Shown here: piece by piece, positions 23,501 through 37,885 of the stretch
Layout: the number at the start of each line of letters is the position of its first letter
Position numbering within the stretch: position 1 is the first letter of the stretch
Assembly (NCBI GenBank): GCA_964234715.1
Contig: OZ174275.1
Direction: 5' to 3' (one strand)
DNA: 64,000 bases
DNA from: Podarcis melisellensis
Taxonomy: Eukaryota
Program-made: the position numbers and the translations under genes
The notes under the pieces: generated by a model
Database searches by the model: none
Seen by the model: the letters and a program-made list of their open reading frames with translations, nothing else
What the model was told of the DNA's origin: nothing

Positions 23501-23649
23501 ACGACACTAATTATAATAAACAGCAAAAGCATTTCACAAAGACTTATACCAACAGTTGTTTCACCCACGGCTGATTTTGTGTTGTGGCCATAAAGAAAAA
23601 TTGGAAAGAAATACTACAGGAGAGGTAAGAGAGAGTGTTTGTGTGCATG

Positions 23650-24624
23650 TGCACTCACTTAACTTTTTTTATTATTCAGAGGCCAACAGGCTGCAGTCTT
23701 GTCACTTGGTCAAGAAAGAAAAACAGTCTTGACTGGCAGTTTCCTGCTGATTGAGAACACCAGAAAAAATCTGAAATGTTATCAAATTTCATCACAGATA
23801 ATTTTCCCAATAAAGAGATCAAGGATCTGGAAAGATAGACCTTTGTTGGTTCTTCCAAATTTTAAAATCAAATTACTTGTATAACTCCAGCTACTTCTTT
23901 TTTGAATTTATTTTTTGTTATCAAAGACAATGTCCAGCAACAGTACCAAAGAATCTGTTCATGGCATTGTTTTACAAAAGTTCCTACCAGACAAATATTT
24001 TATTGTTGGATGTACTCTTTATTAATGATGAGATGAACTAATCAATGAAATTGCTAACAAAACTCCTATAAAGAAAGGTCTAGTCTGAGTTTTGAATCTG
24101 TTGGTTGGAGCATATTCAGTGGTCATAACAACATCATCAGTTAAAGGCAAGTACAACTCTTACCCATCGACAGAACTAGGCATGGCTCTTCCAAAAGGTC
24201 ACTGGATCTTTCAAAGAGAGGCACCATGTTTTAAATTCTGCACATACAAAATATGCTCATGTCACTCAAATTACACAATGCAGCAGTGTTAAAAGTCTTA
24301 TTATAGTCTATTAATGGCAAAGAACTGAGCCCAAGGCTCATATATGACTCATGGGAGGGACATGTCCTCAAAGAGACAAACGGTATAAAACAACAGGTTC
24401 CCTGTTGAATGTGTATCAGTGTGCATGAGTGCAAGTGCATGTAACAAAAGAAGTCCAAACCATGGCCCGTTGAATTGTTCCAAGCTGTATATCCAGTCCG
24501 AATGATAAAAGGCTTTCATTTTAACTGTATGTTAAAATGCAAATTCATATCCCACAAAAGCCAACAGTATGGTTGGTTGAAATAGCTTCAAAGTGAGTGT
24601 TACGGCGAGCTGTCCTGCTTGTCT
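23650..24624 (-). other. FUT8: Probable FUT8 3'UTR with several AATAAA signals (24018-24023, 23999-24004, 23907-23912, 23668-23673)
   Basis: Repeat-free AU-rich sequence after the stop codon; the true 3' end cannot be determined from DNA alone. Confidence 0.6.
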
Positions 24625-24942
<318 letters not shown>

Positions 24943-27900
24943 CTAGGGAAAGTAGTAACAAAAAGCATTAATTAGCAAACAGCATGACAGTACATCAGTT
25001 AAGTATTCCTTACAGAAGTGTATCTTGTCCAACTTTCTTTCTTCTCCAATCATTCATAAAGCATATTACTTCAACATTAAGCAATTAGCAACAGAATGCA
25101 ACAATGTTAATCCTTGTATAATGTTTTTACAAAAGCCTTTTAAAACATTCAATTTAAAGTAATTTTAATTTGCTTACATCAGGAGAATGAGACAAAGGCA
25201 TTTTGGGTTGTATCCAATGTTAATCATACTCAGACCCAATGAAATTAGTAGACATGATTAATCTCAATGGGCCTATTCTGAGTATAACTTAACTGAATGC
25301 ACCTACTTTGTTGGTTGAACCTGGGACTTTTTGCATGCAAAGCATGAGCTCTACCCCTGAGCAACTCACACCACAGCAGTTTATATTATAAGCCCCAAGC
25401 CTGACTTGCTGAACCTTAAAAAAGTTTCAATTAAATAAAAAAAGTAACTCATCCTCTGTAAGAAACTTCAGAACCTACTAGAAGCCCAAAGGACATTTAC
25501 TACATTGGGTCTTCACTGGATCAAATTCAAATTCTTAGTACTACTATGTGGAACCTCCTTAGAATTGGCCCAAGGCATCTAGACAACCCTCTGACTATGA
25601 TCTGGCTTGGCAGTGATATCCTTCAGCAACTCCAAAGCTGTCAGGCTTAAGTACAAGCCCTCTTAGAACTGGAGATAGGAATGTCTTGGCAACAGGCCCA
25701 AGGCTCTGGATAATTGGAGAATATTAGAATGACTTATAATCTCATGACCTTCAGAGCAATGTGAAACCCTCTTGGTTTTCAGAGTTGCCACTAAATTGAT
25801 TAAATGGAATATGAATATCAAGTCCAAAGCAGAGTAGCAAAAGGAAAAAGGAAATGAAAAATGAATAGTATACAAGTGCCAGAGAACACGGAAAGAAAAA
25901 TTGGGCCAATCACCAATTTTTTATTTCCTTTGTATGCTGTAGAAGGTGGTCAGGAGTGGTGATAAATGTTTTAATAAAAGAGGTAGATGGATAGTAGGTA
26001 AACAAAATAAATTCAAATCTAGAGTGATCAAACATGTATCCCTTTTAATAAACTTAAAGCACAGCCATTTATCAAAATCTCAGATTTACACATTCCCTCA
26101 TCATCTATTCCTAACAAAAACAGTAATAACTGTTAATATTTTATAATACTTTAGTGCATATATGATTTATTAAACACTATTTCTGACTGCTTCACTCTGA
26201 AACCGCAGTTCTGTGGCCACAACAATTACCAAATATGCTACCACTAAGGCTGAAGACTAGTATCTCTTTTTGGTATAACAGGTGTCTCGTTATAATCAAG
26301 AGAGGTTTGACACTCTAAAATTAGAAGTGGGTAACTTTCCCCCCCTCAAAAACAAACAAACACTGCAGCCTTATCTATTACGTAAGCCATTTCTGCTCAT
26401 TTTTATTTACAAGGCAGAAGCAAAACCATTATCTTTCCTGATATTATTAGGTCTCATTGAGATTAAGATGAATGGTATTTAAATTTCTTGTAGCTTTTTA
26501 AAACATCTATTTCATAAATTTTAAAAAAATCTTGTACACAGGAAAAGGACTTTTGAAAGCACACTGTTTACTTTCAGATATATTTAAAATGGAAGAATTT
26601 GTCCTCAAGGTCACAAAATATGGGCATGATCCACTTGTGAACACAAGGCCCATTGAAAAAAATAGGAATTGCTCAAGAAAGCAGGCATGCCTTTCCACAC
26701 TTCAACAAATTTTTGCATAGTCTGTGACCAATTCTAGACAGAATAAGCAACATATTCAGTGACAAGGGTCACAGACCTGGATACATTAATATAGCTTAAA
26801 TTCTGTATTATTCAATACAGTTGGGAGTAGGGCTGTGCTCTCTCCCTCCTCTCTCCTAACAATAAGAAATGAAGATAAGCCCTCACACAAACCAGCAAAC
26901 TCTTTCAGCTTCACCTGATCTTTCCACTTAGAGCTCAGCTAATTATCTAAGAGGCAAAGTAAACAAAGAACTGGGAAGCACTTCTTTCTTCCCTCACCAG
27001 TGAAAAAAAAGAGGGGGAAGAGTTTTTATTTTTGATTTTCTGGGGGTGTTTATGATGTTGGTTCCCCCTAAATAGCTTTCCTCCACATTAAAAAGGGTGT
27101 TTTTTTAATTTAAAGGAGACTATCTTTCTGCTTGCTTGCCCTCCCTTTGATAAAAAGGAGAGTTTGGTGGGATGAGGGCTGGGGGGTAGTGGGCCTCTGT
27201 GGGGGGAGAATGGAGGGAAGAAGATTTAGCTGGCTGCCTCATGCTGAAATGGAAGGTTGGGTACTATGTGAGAATGATGGGGAGGGTGTTTTTTGGTAAG
27301 CAGTGGAAGCAAATGTGTGTCTACTCACAAGCAAGCCCTACTGAATTCAGTGAGGCCCAACAAAGTCCTCCGCCCCCGCAGATAGAAATCGTAATGTTGA
27401 AAACCAGATATTGCCCAGCCCAAGTTGGACGGCACTGTCATACTCTAGGAAGAATGGCTGACTCGTCCATAATTTGATACTGACCTTCTACACCTCTAAC
27501 CCAATCACAAAGTATCTGGGAATGAATTATTAGATAACAGTCTGAAACTCTAAAGGTTGGGAAGTTTCCTTAGTCACATGTTATGCTGCTGCTAAAGTGA
27601 TATTTGGAAAACAGCCTTAAGACTCACATATATGCAGATTTCTATGATGCTCAACTATATTTTTTGCATGCAAGTACAGAATGGTATTGCTGGCTGACTT
27701 TCTCAACTGCTACAACTTTCATGATGATTCCAATTCTATGATTCTATAACATGCTTTTCTCTTTTTAACCAAGTTTATTTCAAATCCATAAACATTAAAA
27801 AGCCTTGCCTCATTAGCAAATCTGGTCAATCATCAACTGAAAAAAACAATACAATAGGTACTAAAGTAAGCAACAAAACCAAAATTCGAATGGTTTAATT

Positions 27901-30024
27901 ATTAACAAAATTCAGTGTTTGCCTAGCTATGAATAAAGGTAGGTGTTTCTTCAGCAATACAGAGTCACTACAGTTCACAACAACTGGTGCCACCTCATAT
28001 TTGATTATCTGTTCTCATACTAAGTTGCTATTTGTGTTGAAAAGCAAGTCAATACTAAGGTAGAAAGTAGAAGTATCGAGTGTAATTTTCGTTTGTTTAT
28101 TTCATTTCTGGAATCTCCTTGTTCATAGGGAAATTAATATATATTTATTTTTTATCCTATTATACTATGAGGCAAAGTGTAGAGTGAGGTTCAAGATTTA
28201 AACTCATGTTCTAAACTGGTAAAATTGTTGCACATCACCAAATGCTGGTCTGCTATCCGCATCTATCCCCACACTACTGGCATTTGAGAACCTCAGCTTA
28301 TGTGTGGAAAAACTTTGCAGGAATAAAGGCAACTGGAGATAGTTTTAAAAAACCCCACCTATTTCTACTTTCAAAATCTAATATTTTAATTTGAATTACA
28401 TCCCAACTTCTGACCTCCAAGGTAATACACAATACAAGACAATGAAAAATGTAAAAAGCTACAGCATTTAAGAGGATTTCTGAATACCATGAAGAATTGA
28501 TCAGATACTTTTTTCTCTTAATGAAAATGTTATAAAATCTACAAATAATAGATATGAATAGTAAAGCAACAGTACTTTATAGTTCCAAACTTGAAGAAAT
28601 GAATACTGTAGCAAAGATGATTTATGTGCAACAGAATACTTTCTGGGTCCATAATGAAAAGGCTAACCATGAAATGTTCACAGTGAAAGAGGCATTTATT
28701 ACATTTTTGCCTTGAATGAAGTTAAGAAATGGTTTGTCAAAATGTCAGTCTTTAAAAACAATTTAATGCTTTGTAGTGCATATTGTTCGCTTCTTGATTA
28801 TAAAAAGTACAACTCTTCAGCATATACTTGAACAGCATACCTGAAAAGGCTTGTAATCTTTTATAATCCTATAATCTCTTCCATCATGCTTAACCATCAA
28901 GGCAAATTCTCTGCAGAAAAGGGCAATTTAAAAACCATCAATGCAGGGAGCTAATCCACATTGTGCCAGGTACTGCAGTAGATGGGGAACACTGTAAAAC
29001 TACTAAGGAAGTTTAAAATATGTATTGCATTGCTGTCATGGGAATTAATCCTCTGATACTAAAATGGTGTTGCATGGAAAAAATCAAATAGTCCGCAGTC
29101 CACCTTCTGACAGAAAGGGAAACTGTCAGTTTGGAAGAGAGTAAAAACCTAACATGGGGCGGCCACAGGAAAGAGGCTGAATGGAGGATACAGAATAGGC
29201 AACAGAGTGAGGAAGAGTCTGAAAGAAAGTAAAGGGAAACAAAGCTTAAGGAAAGTATATAAACCTATATAGATCTAATAAATAAATAAAAAGTGGCCCT
29301 GGAAGCAAGGAACTAAAGAAATGGGAAAAGCTGGGGAATAAAACTCAAAAGCGCTTAAGATAGCAAGGACCGCTATGAAAATATTTTTATTGGCAATAAT
29401 GCTCCTGCTGATGGAGCAATCATATATTAAAGAAACTCTCAAATTTGGGTCAATAATAATATACAAATATTACTAATAGTGATATGACATTATCATTATT
29501 TTTCTCTTCTCTTTTTCTTCATTTTGTTCTTTAATGTTATATCATCTCTTTCTCTCTCCTCCCCTTGTTATATGTGCAAATAAAAAATAATTAAAATACA
29601 AACCCTTAAATATTGCAGGGAGACTTTGTAAATTGTTTTAAAACGATCTATCACTGATATTTAACGGCTCAAGAAAGGAATACAGCACTTGGTTCGATGT
29701 TCACTCTTCAAGGTAGACTTCTTAGAAGAATACAGGAAAAGAACTGCTAGATTGATTCATTTAGGCTAGTTAGTGGTCTCCACTAGTGACATTAAGATGC
29801 CACTAGCAAGTTCTAAAGCACTATGTGACTGAGAGAACCATCTCCTAATGTTTGTCCGCAGAGGCAATATACCTCTGAAGACAGATGAGCCACAAATAAT
29901 AATAATGACCCACAACAGTATCCTCTTCATGAATGTGATTAACCCTTTAAGGTTAATTAGCAGCCATCACCACATCTGGCAATGTAGTCTTTCCAGTTAG
30001 TAACCAAGTTGTTTGAAAAAAGTA

Positions 30025-30384
30025 CCGTATTTTTTGCACCATAACACTCACTTTTTTCCTCCTAGAAAGTAAGGGGAAATGTCTGTGCGTGTTATGGAGC
30101 GAATGCCTACAGATGGTGGGGAGATCTGCTGCAGTTGTGAGCAGAGGATCCATGGTTCCCCTTCCTTCCCTCCGTGGTTACAAAGCATGGATCCACATGG
30201 ATCCTGAGGATTTTTGCATTGGGCTACTCCAAACTCACTGTCAGATCACATGTCTGTGGCCACAGCATGAACCACAAAAATCATATATCCACTATTTCGT
30301 TTAGAATATTTTTTTCTTGTTTTCCTCCTCTAAAAACTACGTGCGTGTTATGGTCTGGTGCGTGTTATAGAGCGAAAAATACAG
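30025..30384. mobile_element. Tc1/mariner (Tc2-like) MITE
   Basis: TA|CCGTATTTTT ... AAAAATACAG|TA termini. Confidence 0.8.
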
Positions 30385-31118
30385 TATTCCCTTTTGTTTG
30401 TCCTAAACCAATAGAAAATCAATTGCAGCGAAAGATCCACTGAGTTCCAATGTTCTGACTTAATACCTTTTTCTACCAGCTGTTCTCCTTGTTTATCATT
30501 TACATTTCTTTTGATGTATCTCCCATATTGGTCTCCACAGCCACAGCAGGTGCTGCAACCTTTCAACAATTTGACTTCACCCACCCAAAAGCGAACTCCT
30601 CCATTGCCTCTCAAGACAGACAGATGTCAACAAATCTCTCTACCATTGCTCCCCATGGTCATCTTTTTCAAAGGGGCAGAGTTTTAACTTCCAATCACTT
30701 CTCTTAAACTTAGTATATTTTCATGAGCCATACCATGGATTGGATCCAGAGTAATTATGAAAACTAGTTCCACTAATGTGCTGACTCTTCCTCCAATCCT
30801 CGCAAGCTGCTCTGGAAAGGTAGGGACTTTCCAGAACATTGGGGATCAGCTAAAATTGCTTCCTCTTCTGTATGTCAAAGGGCATGTCTGAATGCAGCTC
30901 ATTATTTCTGAGATGTAACAAGCAGAGCTACACATTGCTGTGGTTCCCTTTTTTAAATAGTAGATTTGCACTGATTTTCTGCATGTTATGAAAGAAAATA
31001 ATTTTTAGAGGAATTATTAATGCTTGTATATTTCAAGTATTTCATAGTACTACTATTGGTTATAGGAAACCACTGAGTACTATAGCCACTCAGGTTTATA
31101 TTGTGCTACTAGAGTATT

Positions 31119-31712
31119 ACTTTCTTGGGCTCCATGATCACTGCAGATGGTGACAGAAGTCACGAAATTAAAAGACGCCTGCTCCTTGGGAGAAAGGTGA
31201 TGGCAAACCTAGACAGCATCTTAAAAAGCAGAGACATCACCCTGCCGACAAAGGTCCGTATAGTTAAAACTATGGTTTTCCCAGTAGTGATGTATGGAAA
31301 TGAGAGCTGGACCATAAAGAAGGCTGATCGCTGAAGAATTGATGCTTTTGAATTATGGTGCTGGAGGAGACTCTTGAGAGTCCCATAGACGGCAAGAAGA
31401 TCAAACGCATCCATTCTTAAGGAAATTAGCCCTGAGTGCTCACTGGAAGGACAGATCGTGAAGCTGAGGCTCCAGTACTTTGGGCACCTCATGAGAAGAG
31501 AAGACTCCCTGGAAAAGACCCTGATGTTGGGAAAGACTGAGGCCACAAGGAGAAGGGGACGACAGAGGACGAGATGGTTGGACAGTGTTCTCGAAGCTAC
31601 AAACATGAGTCTGACCAAACTGCGAGAGGCAGTGGAAGATAGGAGTGCCTGGCGTGCTCTGGTCCATGGGGTCACGAAGAGTCGGACACGACTAAACGAC
31701 TAAACAACAACA
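31119..31712 (+). mobile_element. 5'-truncated BovB (RTE) LINE 3' end, antisense to FUT8
   Basis: GSMITADGDRSHEIKRRLLLGRK...LRLQYFGHLMRREDSLEKTLMLGK with in-frame stops; (CAA)n tail; perfect 11-bp TSD ACTAGAGTATT (31108-31118, 31713-31723). Confidence 0.95.
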
Positions 31713-31739
31713 ACTAGAGTATTGATAAACAGAACTTTA

Positions 31740-31940
<201 letters not shown>

Positions 31941-32404
31941 TCAGTTTTGGAGGTTGCACCCAAAGTAGTACTTCCCATCAGTGCAAGGATTTTTGCTTGT
32001 GCAACAGAACTTCTGCCTCCCCTCAAGTACCTTCTAAATATGTTCTAGGGGTGGGGGCAGGGCGGGAGGGAGCCTTGCTGCACAAGTGGAAATTCTTGCA
32101 CTGACAGGACTCGTTAATTGGATACCACAGTGAAATTAAACAGATTTTTTCACCTCTTAGCAGTTTGCTATGCCTTCATAGCTTGTAGCCCTAATGAGAA
32201 ATTAAATTTTGCAGAATTTTTATCCACTTCTTGTAAACAGAAACCCATGACTCATATGTGTCATAATCCACCTGCAAATTTAAGACCAAATTGCGAGTTT
32301 TCAGCTGTATCTCATAAGAATTACTATTAGTGGAGCCTTGTTCTACCAACACCTGTTTAGGAAGCATGTATATAAAGCTCAGAAGTTATAGCTATTTGCA
32401 AATA

Positions 32405-32788
32405 CAGTGGTGCCACGCTAGACGAAATTAATCCATTCCGCGATTCTCTTCGTCTAGCGGTTTTTTCGTCTTGCGAAGCAAGCCCATTGACAGCTTAGCG
32501 GATTAGTGCTAGAGCTGTCAAGCGGCTTCCAGAGATCAGCTGTTAAGCGGCTTATCAGCGGAACAGCTGATAAGCGGCTTATCAGCGGAACAGCTGATAA
32601 GCGGCTTAGCGGCTTAGGAAAACGGCAAAAAAAGCAAAAAAAACCCCGCCGGGGGACGCAAGATTTTTTCGTCTTGTGAAGCAACCCCATAGGGAAATTC
32701 GTTTTGCGAAGCGCCTCCAAAACGGAAAAACCCTTTCGTCTAGCGGGTTTTTCGTCTTGCGAGGCGTTCGTCTTGCGGGGCACCACTG
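32405..32788. mobile_element. Tigger/pogo-like MITE, copy 2 of the 19490-19845 family
   Basis: TA TSD, same TIRs and body, one extra 27-bp internal unit. Confidence 0.9.
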
Positions 32789-32892
32789 TAGTTTCAAACA
32801 CAGGTATTCATATAGACATTAAAAGTAAATATGCTATTTGTTTAAATAGCCACACTTCATGTAAAATCACTTGTGTACAAACATGGTCTTAC

Positions 32893-33069
32893 TTGGATTT
32901 TGCCTCTTGCAATAATGAAGGGTCATCTGTAGCCAAATAGACTCGTTTTTTGTCAATATGCATTCTGCGGGAGAGAAGTTGGAAACGTTCTTCAACATGT
33001 ACCATATATTCTTCAATGGGATGAAATGCTGCTTCAGTTCCCACTTTGTCTGTTCTTCGGACATGAATA
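32893..33069 (-). CDS. FUT8: FUT8 coding exon (177 bp) with GDP-fucose-binding motif I ([12 protein letters not shown]) and motif II (VYLATDD)
   Basis: Alpha-1,6-fucosyltransferase motifs intact; AG at 33071-33070 and GTAAG at 32892. Confidence 0.98.
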
Positions 33070-33737
33070 CTGCAATGAAAAGCAAACACAAATTTCTCTT
33101 GACCAGGATTTGTTTGTTTTTTGTTCGTTTGTCCTTTACTTTCATTAGAACGGACTGTAAAATAAATTGGCATTAGAATATATATTATTTTCAGAACAAA
33201 TTTGTCAAAAACTACAGAGCAAGGGCTTGGATTAGTTACATGGCTGAGGGTGGGTGGAGAGAAGTAAAGATTACTAGTCAGTCCTTGAAACCAAATAGAT
33301 GGTTGGAGGCCAAATGCCAATATATTTTACACATGTCACAGTAGAATCACAGCATTATGATTTTGCAAATACCTTCAAGGTACTAATGCGCCACACGGTC
33401 AGCATGGCCTCCTTTTACACACATATCCAGTAGGTTTAAATATAGTCACCAGCTCACAGAATTTAACCTTGTGTGAAAAGACGTTGCATGTATCATAAAT
33501 GTGTATTTGTCAAGAGGGTTCTTAAGGCATTTTTATCACTTCTCTACAGTTTCATCCATACTAAAACATGCCTGCTGAACTAAAACACTGGAGTAAAATT
33601 AATTTTCTCCAGGGTTTCTGGAAAGGAAGCTGTCTTTTATTGGGGTAGTACTATAGTTACTTACTGTTGCTAATTTGATTGTGATTCTGTGGTTTCAATT
33701 ATGGCTTTAATTGTGCTCTGTCTTGTTTTAACTAACT

Positions 33738-33933
33738 CAGTCATGTCCAAAGTCTGTTTCGGGGGCCTAATCAAGCCCGCCGGTTGGTTTAATCTGGCCC
33801 CTGTGGCAAAAAATCGTAAAAAAACCTCAACAACTCCAACCCTAAAAAAAAAGCTCAACAAACTTTGACCAGCCCCCACGGCCCTTCACTTCATCAAATC
33901 TGGCCCTCTTTGAAAAAAGTTTGGACACCACTG
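33738..33933. mobile_element. hAT-Charlie-like MITE
   Basis: TIR CAGT..TGTCCAAA / TTTGGACACCACTG; 8-bp TSD AACTAACT/AACTAGCT; GGCCC subterminal motifs. Confidence 0.8.
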
Positions 33934-34587
33934 AACTAGCTGTTGCTGTCATCCACCTCAAGATTGAAAGGTAGGATATAAAAACAAACAAGAAGAAATG
34001 TTTACTGAAAAGTACCCTATTAAACTTCAATTTTCTTTAAAATCTTGTTCATTTCCCCACAACACTGATGACTGAATGATAGGAATAGATTCAAACTAGA
34101 AGTGTCTTATTTTTAGTATGTTACTAAGTTATTTTCAAATATATAACCAATATTATGCAAGTGGCTGAGTTCTGAAACCCAAGCAGCTAATGCAGATAGA
34201 TAACAATATTAGTATGTAAAAAGGTGGAACAAAAATTACACTAATTTTTATAGTAAAAACTGAGAACAATTTTATACATTGAACTCTTGGTGCACTGTAT
34301 CCAAGTATTACTAGGACCATTAGTGCCAAATTAGATATGACAGGGACAGGGAAATGCTTATTCAGAACCTTTTCTGTGGCTGCACCTAGATTATGAAACA
34401 CTATCCCTTGAGGTTCAAGTAGCAGCCTCTTTTGCCATTTTCTGTGGGTCAGTGAAAACTTTCTGTACCAACAGGCTTTGCTGCATCACTTTAGATAAGG
34501 ATCTGCATTGAGGACTTCATCTTTTGTTTTTTAATGCGTCATGTCTTCTTTGTTATTTACTTTATTGATTTCTATTGTGATTTTAAA

Positions 34588-34942
34588 GGGACATGGGTGG
34601 CACTGTGGGTTAAACAACAGAGCCTAGGGACTTGCTGATCAGAAGGTCGGCTGTTCGAATCCCCGCAATGGGGTGAGCTCCCATTGCTCGGTCCCTACTC
34701 CTGCCAACCTAGCAGTTCAAAAGCACGTCAAAGTACAAGTAGATAAATAGGTACCACTCCGGTGGGAAGGTAAACGGCATTTCTGTGCACTCCTCTGGTT
34801 CACCAGAAGCAGCTTAGTCATGCTGGCCACATGACCCAGAAGCTGTACGCCAGCTCCCTCGGCCAGTAAAGCGAGGTGAGCGCCGCAACCCCAGAGTCGG
34901 TCACGACTGGACCTAATGGTCAGGGGTCCCCTTACCTTTACC
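34588..34942 (+). mobile_element. Full-length Sauria SINE (Squam1/POM type)
   Basis: GGGACATGGGTGGCACTGTGG head, GTTCGAATCC B box, BovB-like 3' end with (ACCTTT) tail; 14-bp TSD TATTGTGATTTTAA. Confidence 0.95.
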
Positions 34943-35569
34943 ATTATTGTGATTTTAATTTAATTACTGTGATTTTAATTTAGTCTTCAACTGGGTGTAA
35001 GCATAAGTCACAGAAATCTTATAAAAGTATTAAGTATGCCTTCTCTTTTCATATCTAAACCAAGCAAGGGTGGGCAGGAGTCTACATTTCTACAACAAAA
35101 TATGTAACTGCCATTACAATGATGCCAGGTGACCCATTTTTTGCATAGTACTATACACAGAAACCTGAAGGATCAGCTGATTGTTGGCACTTCCAAAGCA
35201 CTATTCATGGGGCTTTGCAGATGAAAAGCCTTTCAGCTCAACCACAGCTTTACTTGCCCTGCACAAAATGTCAGGGGTAGGGTAGATGGCCATGGCTTGG
35301 CAAAAACAGTCAACTCAGGAGGACTGGTGAGCCTAACTAGGCCTGCAGGCCATAAGTTCTCTACCACTGTTGTAAATGGTGAGGCGGGAAAAGTTATCAC
35401 TCTTAGGAAGTTCTTTAAAAGGATTAGACAAACTCATGAAGGACAGGGCTATCAATGGGCAAACAGAGCAGCCACATTCAGAGGCATTTTACCTCAGAGT
35501 ACTAGGTTCTGATAACCAACACAGGAAGGCTGCTGCCTTCAAGTATTAAAACAATAAAGTAGCAAAATA

Positions 35570-35865
35570 CCATATTTTTCGGCCAATAGGGCGCACCTAG
35601 TTTTTTTTTGGGGGGGGGATAAAGAAAAAAAAATATCCCCCCCCCCGGCGCAGGGCTAGGGCGGAGGAAGCCCGAGCTTCCCCCGACCCCAGCCCCCAGA
35701 ACAGGCAGCTCTCCACAAGCCGTGGGAGAGCTGCGCGAAGTAACGCAGCTCTCCCACGGCTTGCGGATAGCTTCCTGAAGCCTGTATTCACCCCATAGGA
35801 CACACACACATTTCCCTTTCATTTTTGGAGGGGAAATAGTGCGTCCTATAGGGCGAAAAATACGG
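35570..35865. mobile_element. Tc2-like MITE
   Basis: TA|CCATATTTTTCG ... CGAAAAATACGG|TA termini. Confidence 0.85.
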
Positions 35866-36028
35866 TAGGTTTAGGACAACACCCTTTATTCTCAATGGAT
35901 TTTGAGTTCTGACTTTCTAAGAAGTGTTTCACAGCCTTCTGTGTGAAAAGGAATGCTAAAGAAGGTGAAATGTTCTTGTTTACTCAGAAGTCCTACTAAT
36001 TTTGATATATGACTAAGCATGAATAGGG

Positions 36029-36152
36029 TAAGGTTACCAGACGTCCCCATTTCCCGGATACAGTCCCCGGATTCACAAATCAGTCCCCATACAAAATCCA
36101 TTGAAGTTGAAAAGTGTCCCTGGATTCATTGACAAAAAATCTGGTAACCTTA
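36029..36152. mobile_element. hAT-Blackjack-like MITE
   Basis: Perfect 13-bp TIR TAAGGTTACCAGA; perfect 8-bp TSD GAATAGGG; GTCCC subterminal repeats. Confidence 0.92.
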
Positions 36153-36203
36153 GAATAGGGATATGGCTAAGATTGTAGTCGTAGCGCATAATAAAATACC
36201 TTA

Positions 36204-36548
<345 letters not shown>

Positions 36549-36913
36549 TCATGATAAATCACCAGATTAAGAATCAAAGAAATAAAGTATGTAAGAATAT
36601 ATACACACAAAAATAAGGTGACAGAAAAGCACTACCGATATTATTTTGCAGAACAAAATACTCATCCCTGGTAGAACAAAAGACAGAACAAAAGACTCAA
36701 CCCTGATAGAAGTTCATTGGAGTTTAGACAACTTTCATAAACCTGGCAGAGGTGCCAAAGAAAGACCAGGTTCCATAATTCAATTTACAGTATCTGAACA
36801 AGTCTGAGGTTGCGTCCTGGGAGATGGGGGCAACTGGCAGGCCCCCAGCTGGCTCCAGCCCACTGGCCGGCAGCCGGGCGAACTCCGGTTCTCGAAACAG
36901 CATCAAAACTGCA

Positions 36914-37050
36914 ACTCATGCCTCAGAAACCTTTAGAGACTGAGCACGCAAGCCAGCAGAGATAAGAACTCTTTGCAACGGAATGGCAGACAGAGTTCTT
37001 ATCTCTGCTGGCTTGCGTGCTCAGTCCCTAATGGTTTCTAAGGCTTGAGT
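36914..37050. repeat. Long intronic inverted repeat (59-bp arms, inner 35 bp perfect, 19-nt loop)
   Basis: 36938-36972 is the exact reverse complement of 36992-37026; the outer 24 bp have 4 mismatches. Confidence 0.95.
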
Positions 37051-37528
37051 CACATGTTGGTACGGGCATACTAAAATGAAGATTTCCAAGTGACTTGCCT
37101 GACCGCACTATCAAATATTACTGAAGAAAGGCTGGATCACAAAATTTAGAACTTATTGTTGCCCTCAGAGTTCCCAGCTGAAAACCACCCACTCCCAAGC
37201 ACCCATTCTAATTAATATCTTGCATGTGACACCTGTAATATTTCAGAGTTCTGGCAAAAGATTCAGCAGCAACATCAGATATATTTGAGAACACAATAAA
37301 TATTCTAGATTGGTTGCAAACTAAATGACCATTTCACCAGTTCGTCTGTGCCCACTGTTCAAGAACTTATGTAAAATGTTGTATATTTCTGTCAATGGTA
37401 GTTAGCAGATTCATTTAGAGCTTGCTGATCAACATGATGATATCTAATGGGAGCTGGGAGACAGATAAACCCCACAAGCCTAAAACTTAGAACTTTTAAT
37501 AGATGGCATTATATATGGTGCATGAGGA

Positions 37529-37885
37529 AAGGCATGTTTAGCCTGGATAAGAGGAGACTGAGAGGAGATATGATAGCCATCTTTAAATATCTAAAGGGTG
37601 TCACATGGAAGATGGCACAAGCTTGCTTTCTCCTCCTCTGGAGGGTAGGACCAAAACCAATGGCTTCAAGTTGCAAGAAAGGAGATTCCAAGTAAACAAC
37701 GGGGGGGGGGGGAGAGAATTCTGATGGTAAGAGCTGTTCAACGGCAAAACAAACTCCCTCCTTCATTGGACTGTCCTTCATTGGAGGTTTTTAAGCAGAG
37801 GCTGGATGTCCATGTGTCATGGAAGCTTTAGTTGGGATTTCTGCACTGCAAGAACTAGATGACTCTTTGGATCTTTTCCAACTCT
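37529..37885 (+). mobile_element. CR1 LINE 3' end
   Basis: GMFSLDKRRLRGDMIAIFKYLKG C-terminus, then 3'UTR and a degenerate ATTCTAT tail. Confidence 0.9.

Noticed and set aside
31160-31675. 171-aa minus-strand ORF
   Set aside because: It is the antisense reading of the BovB 3' fragment, not a gene.
33040-33069. IHVRRTDK instead of the mammalian VHVRRTDK in FUT8 motif I
   Set aside because: Conservative substitution with the Arg-Arg, Asp, Lys and Glu residues intact; no sign of altered function.
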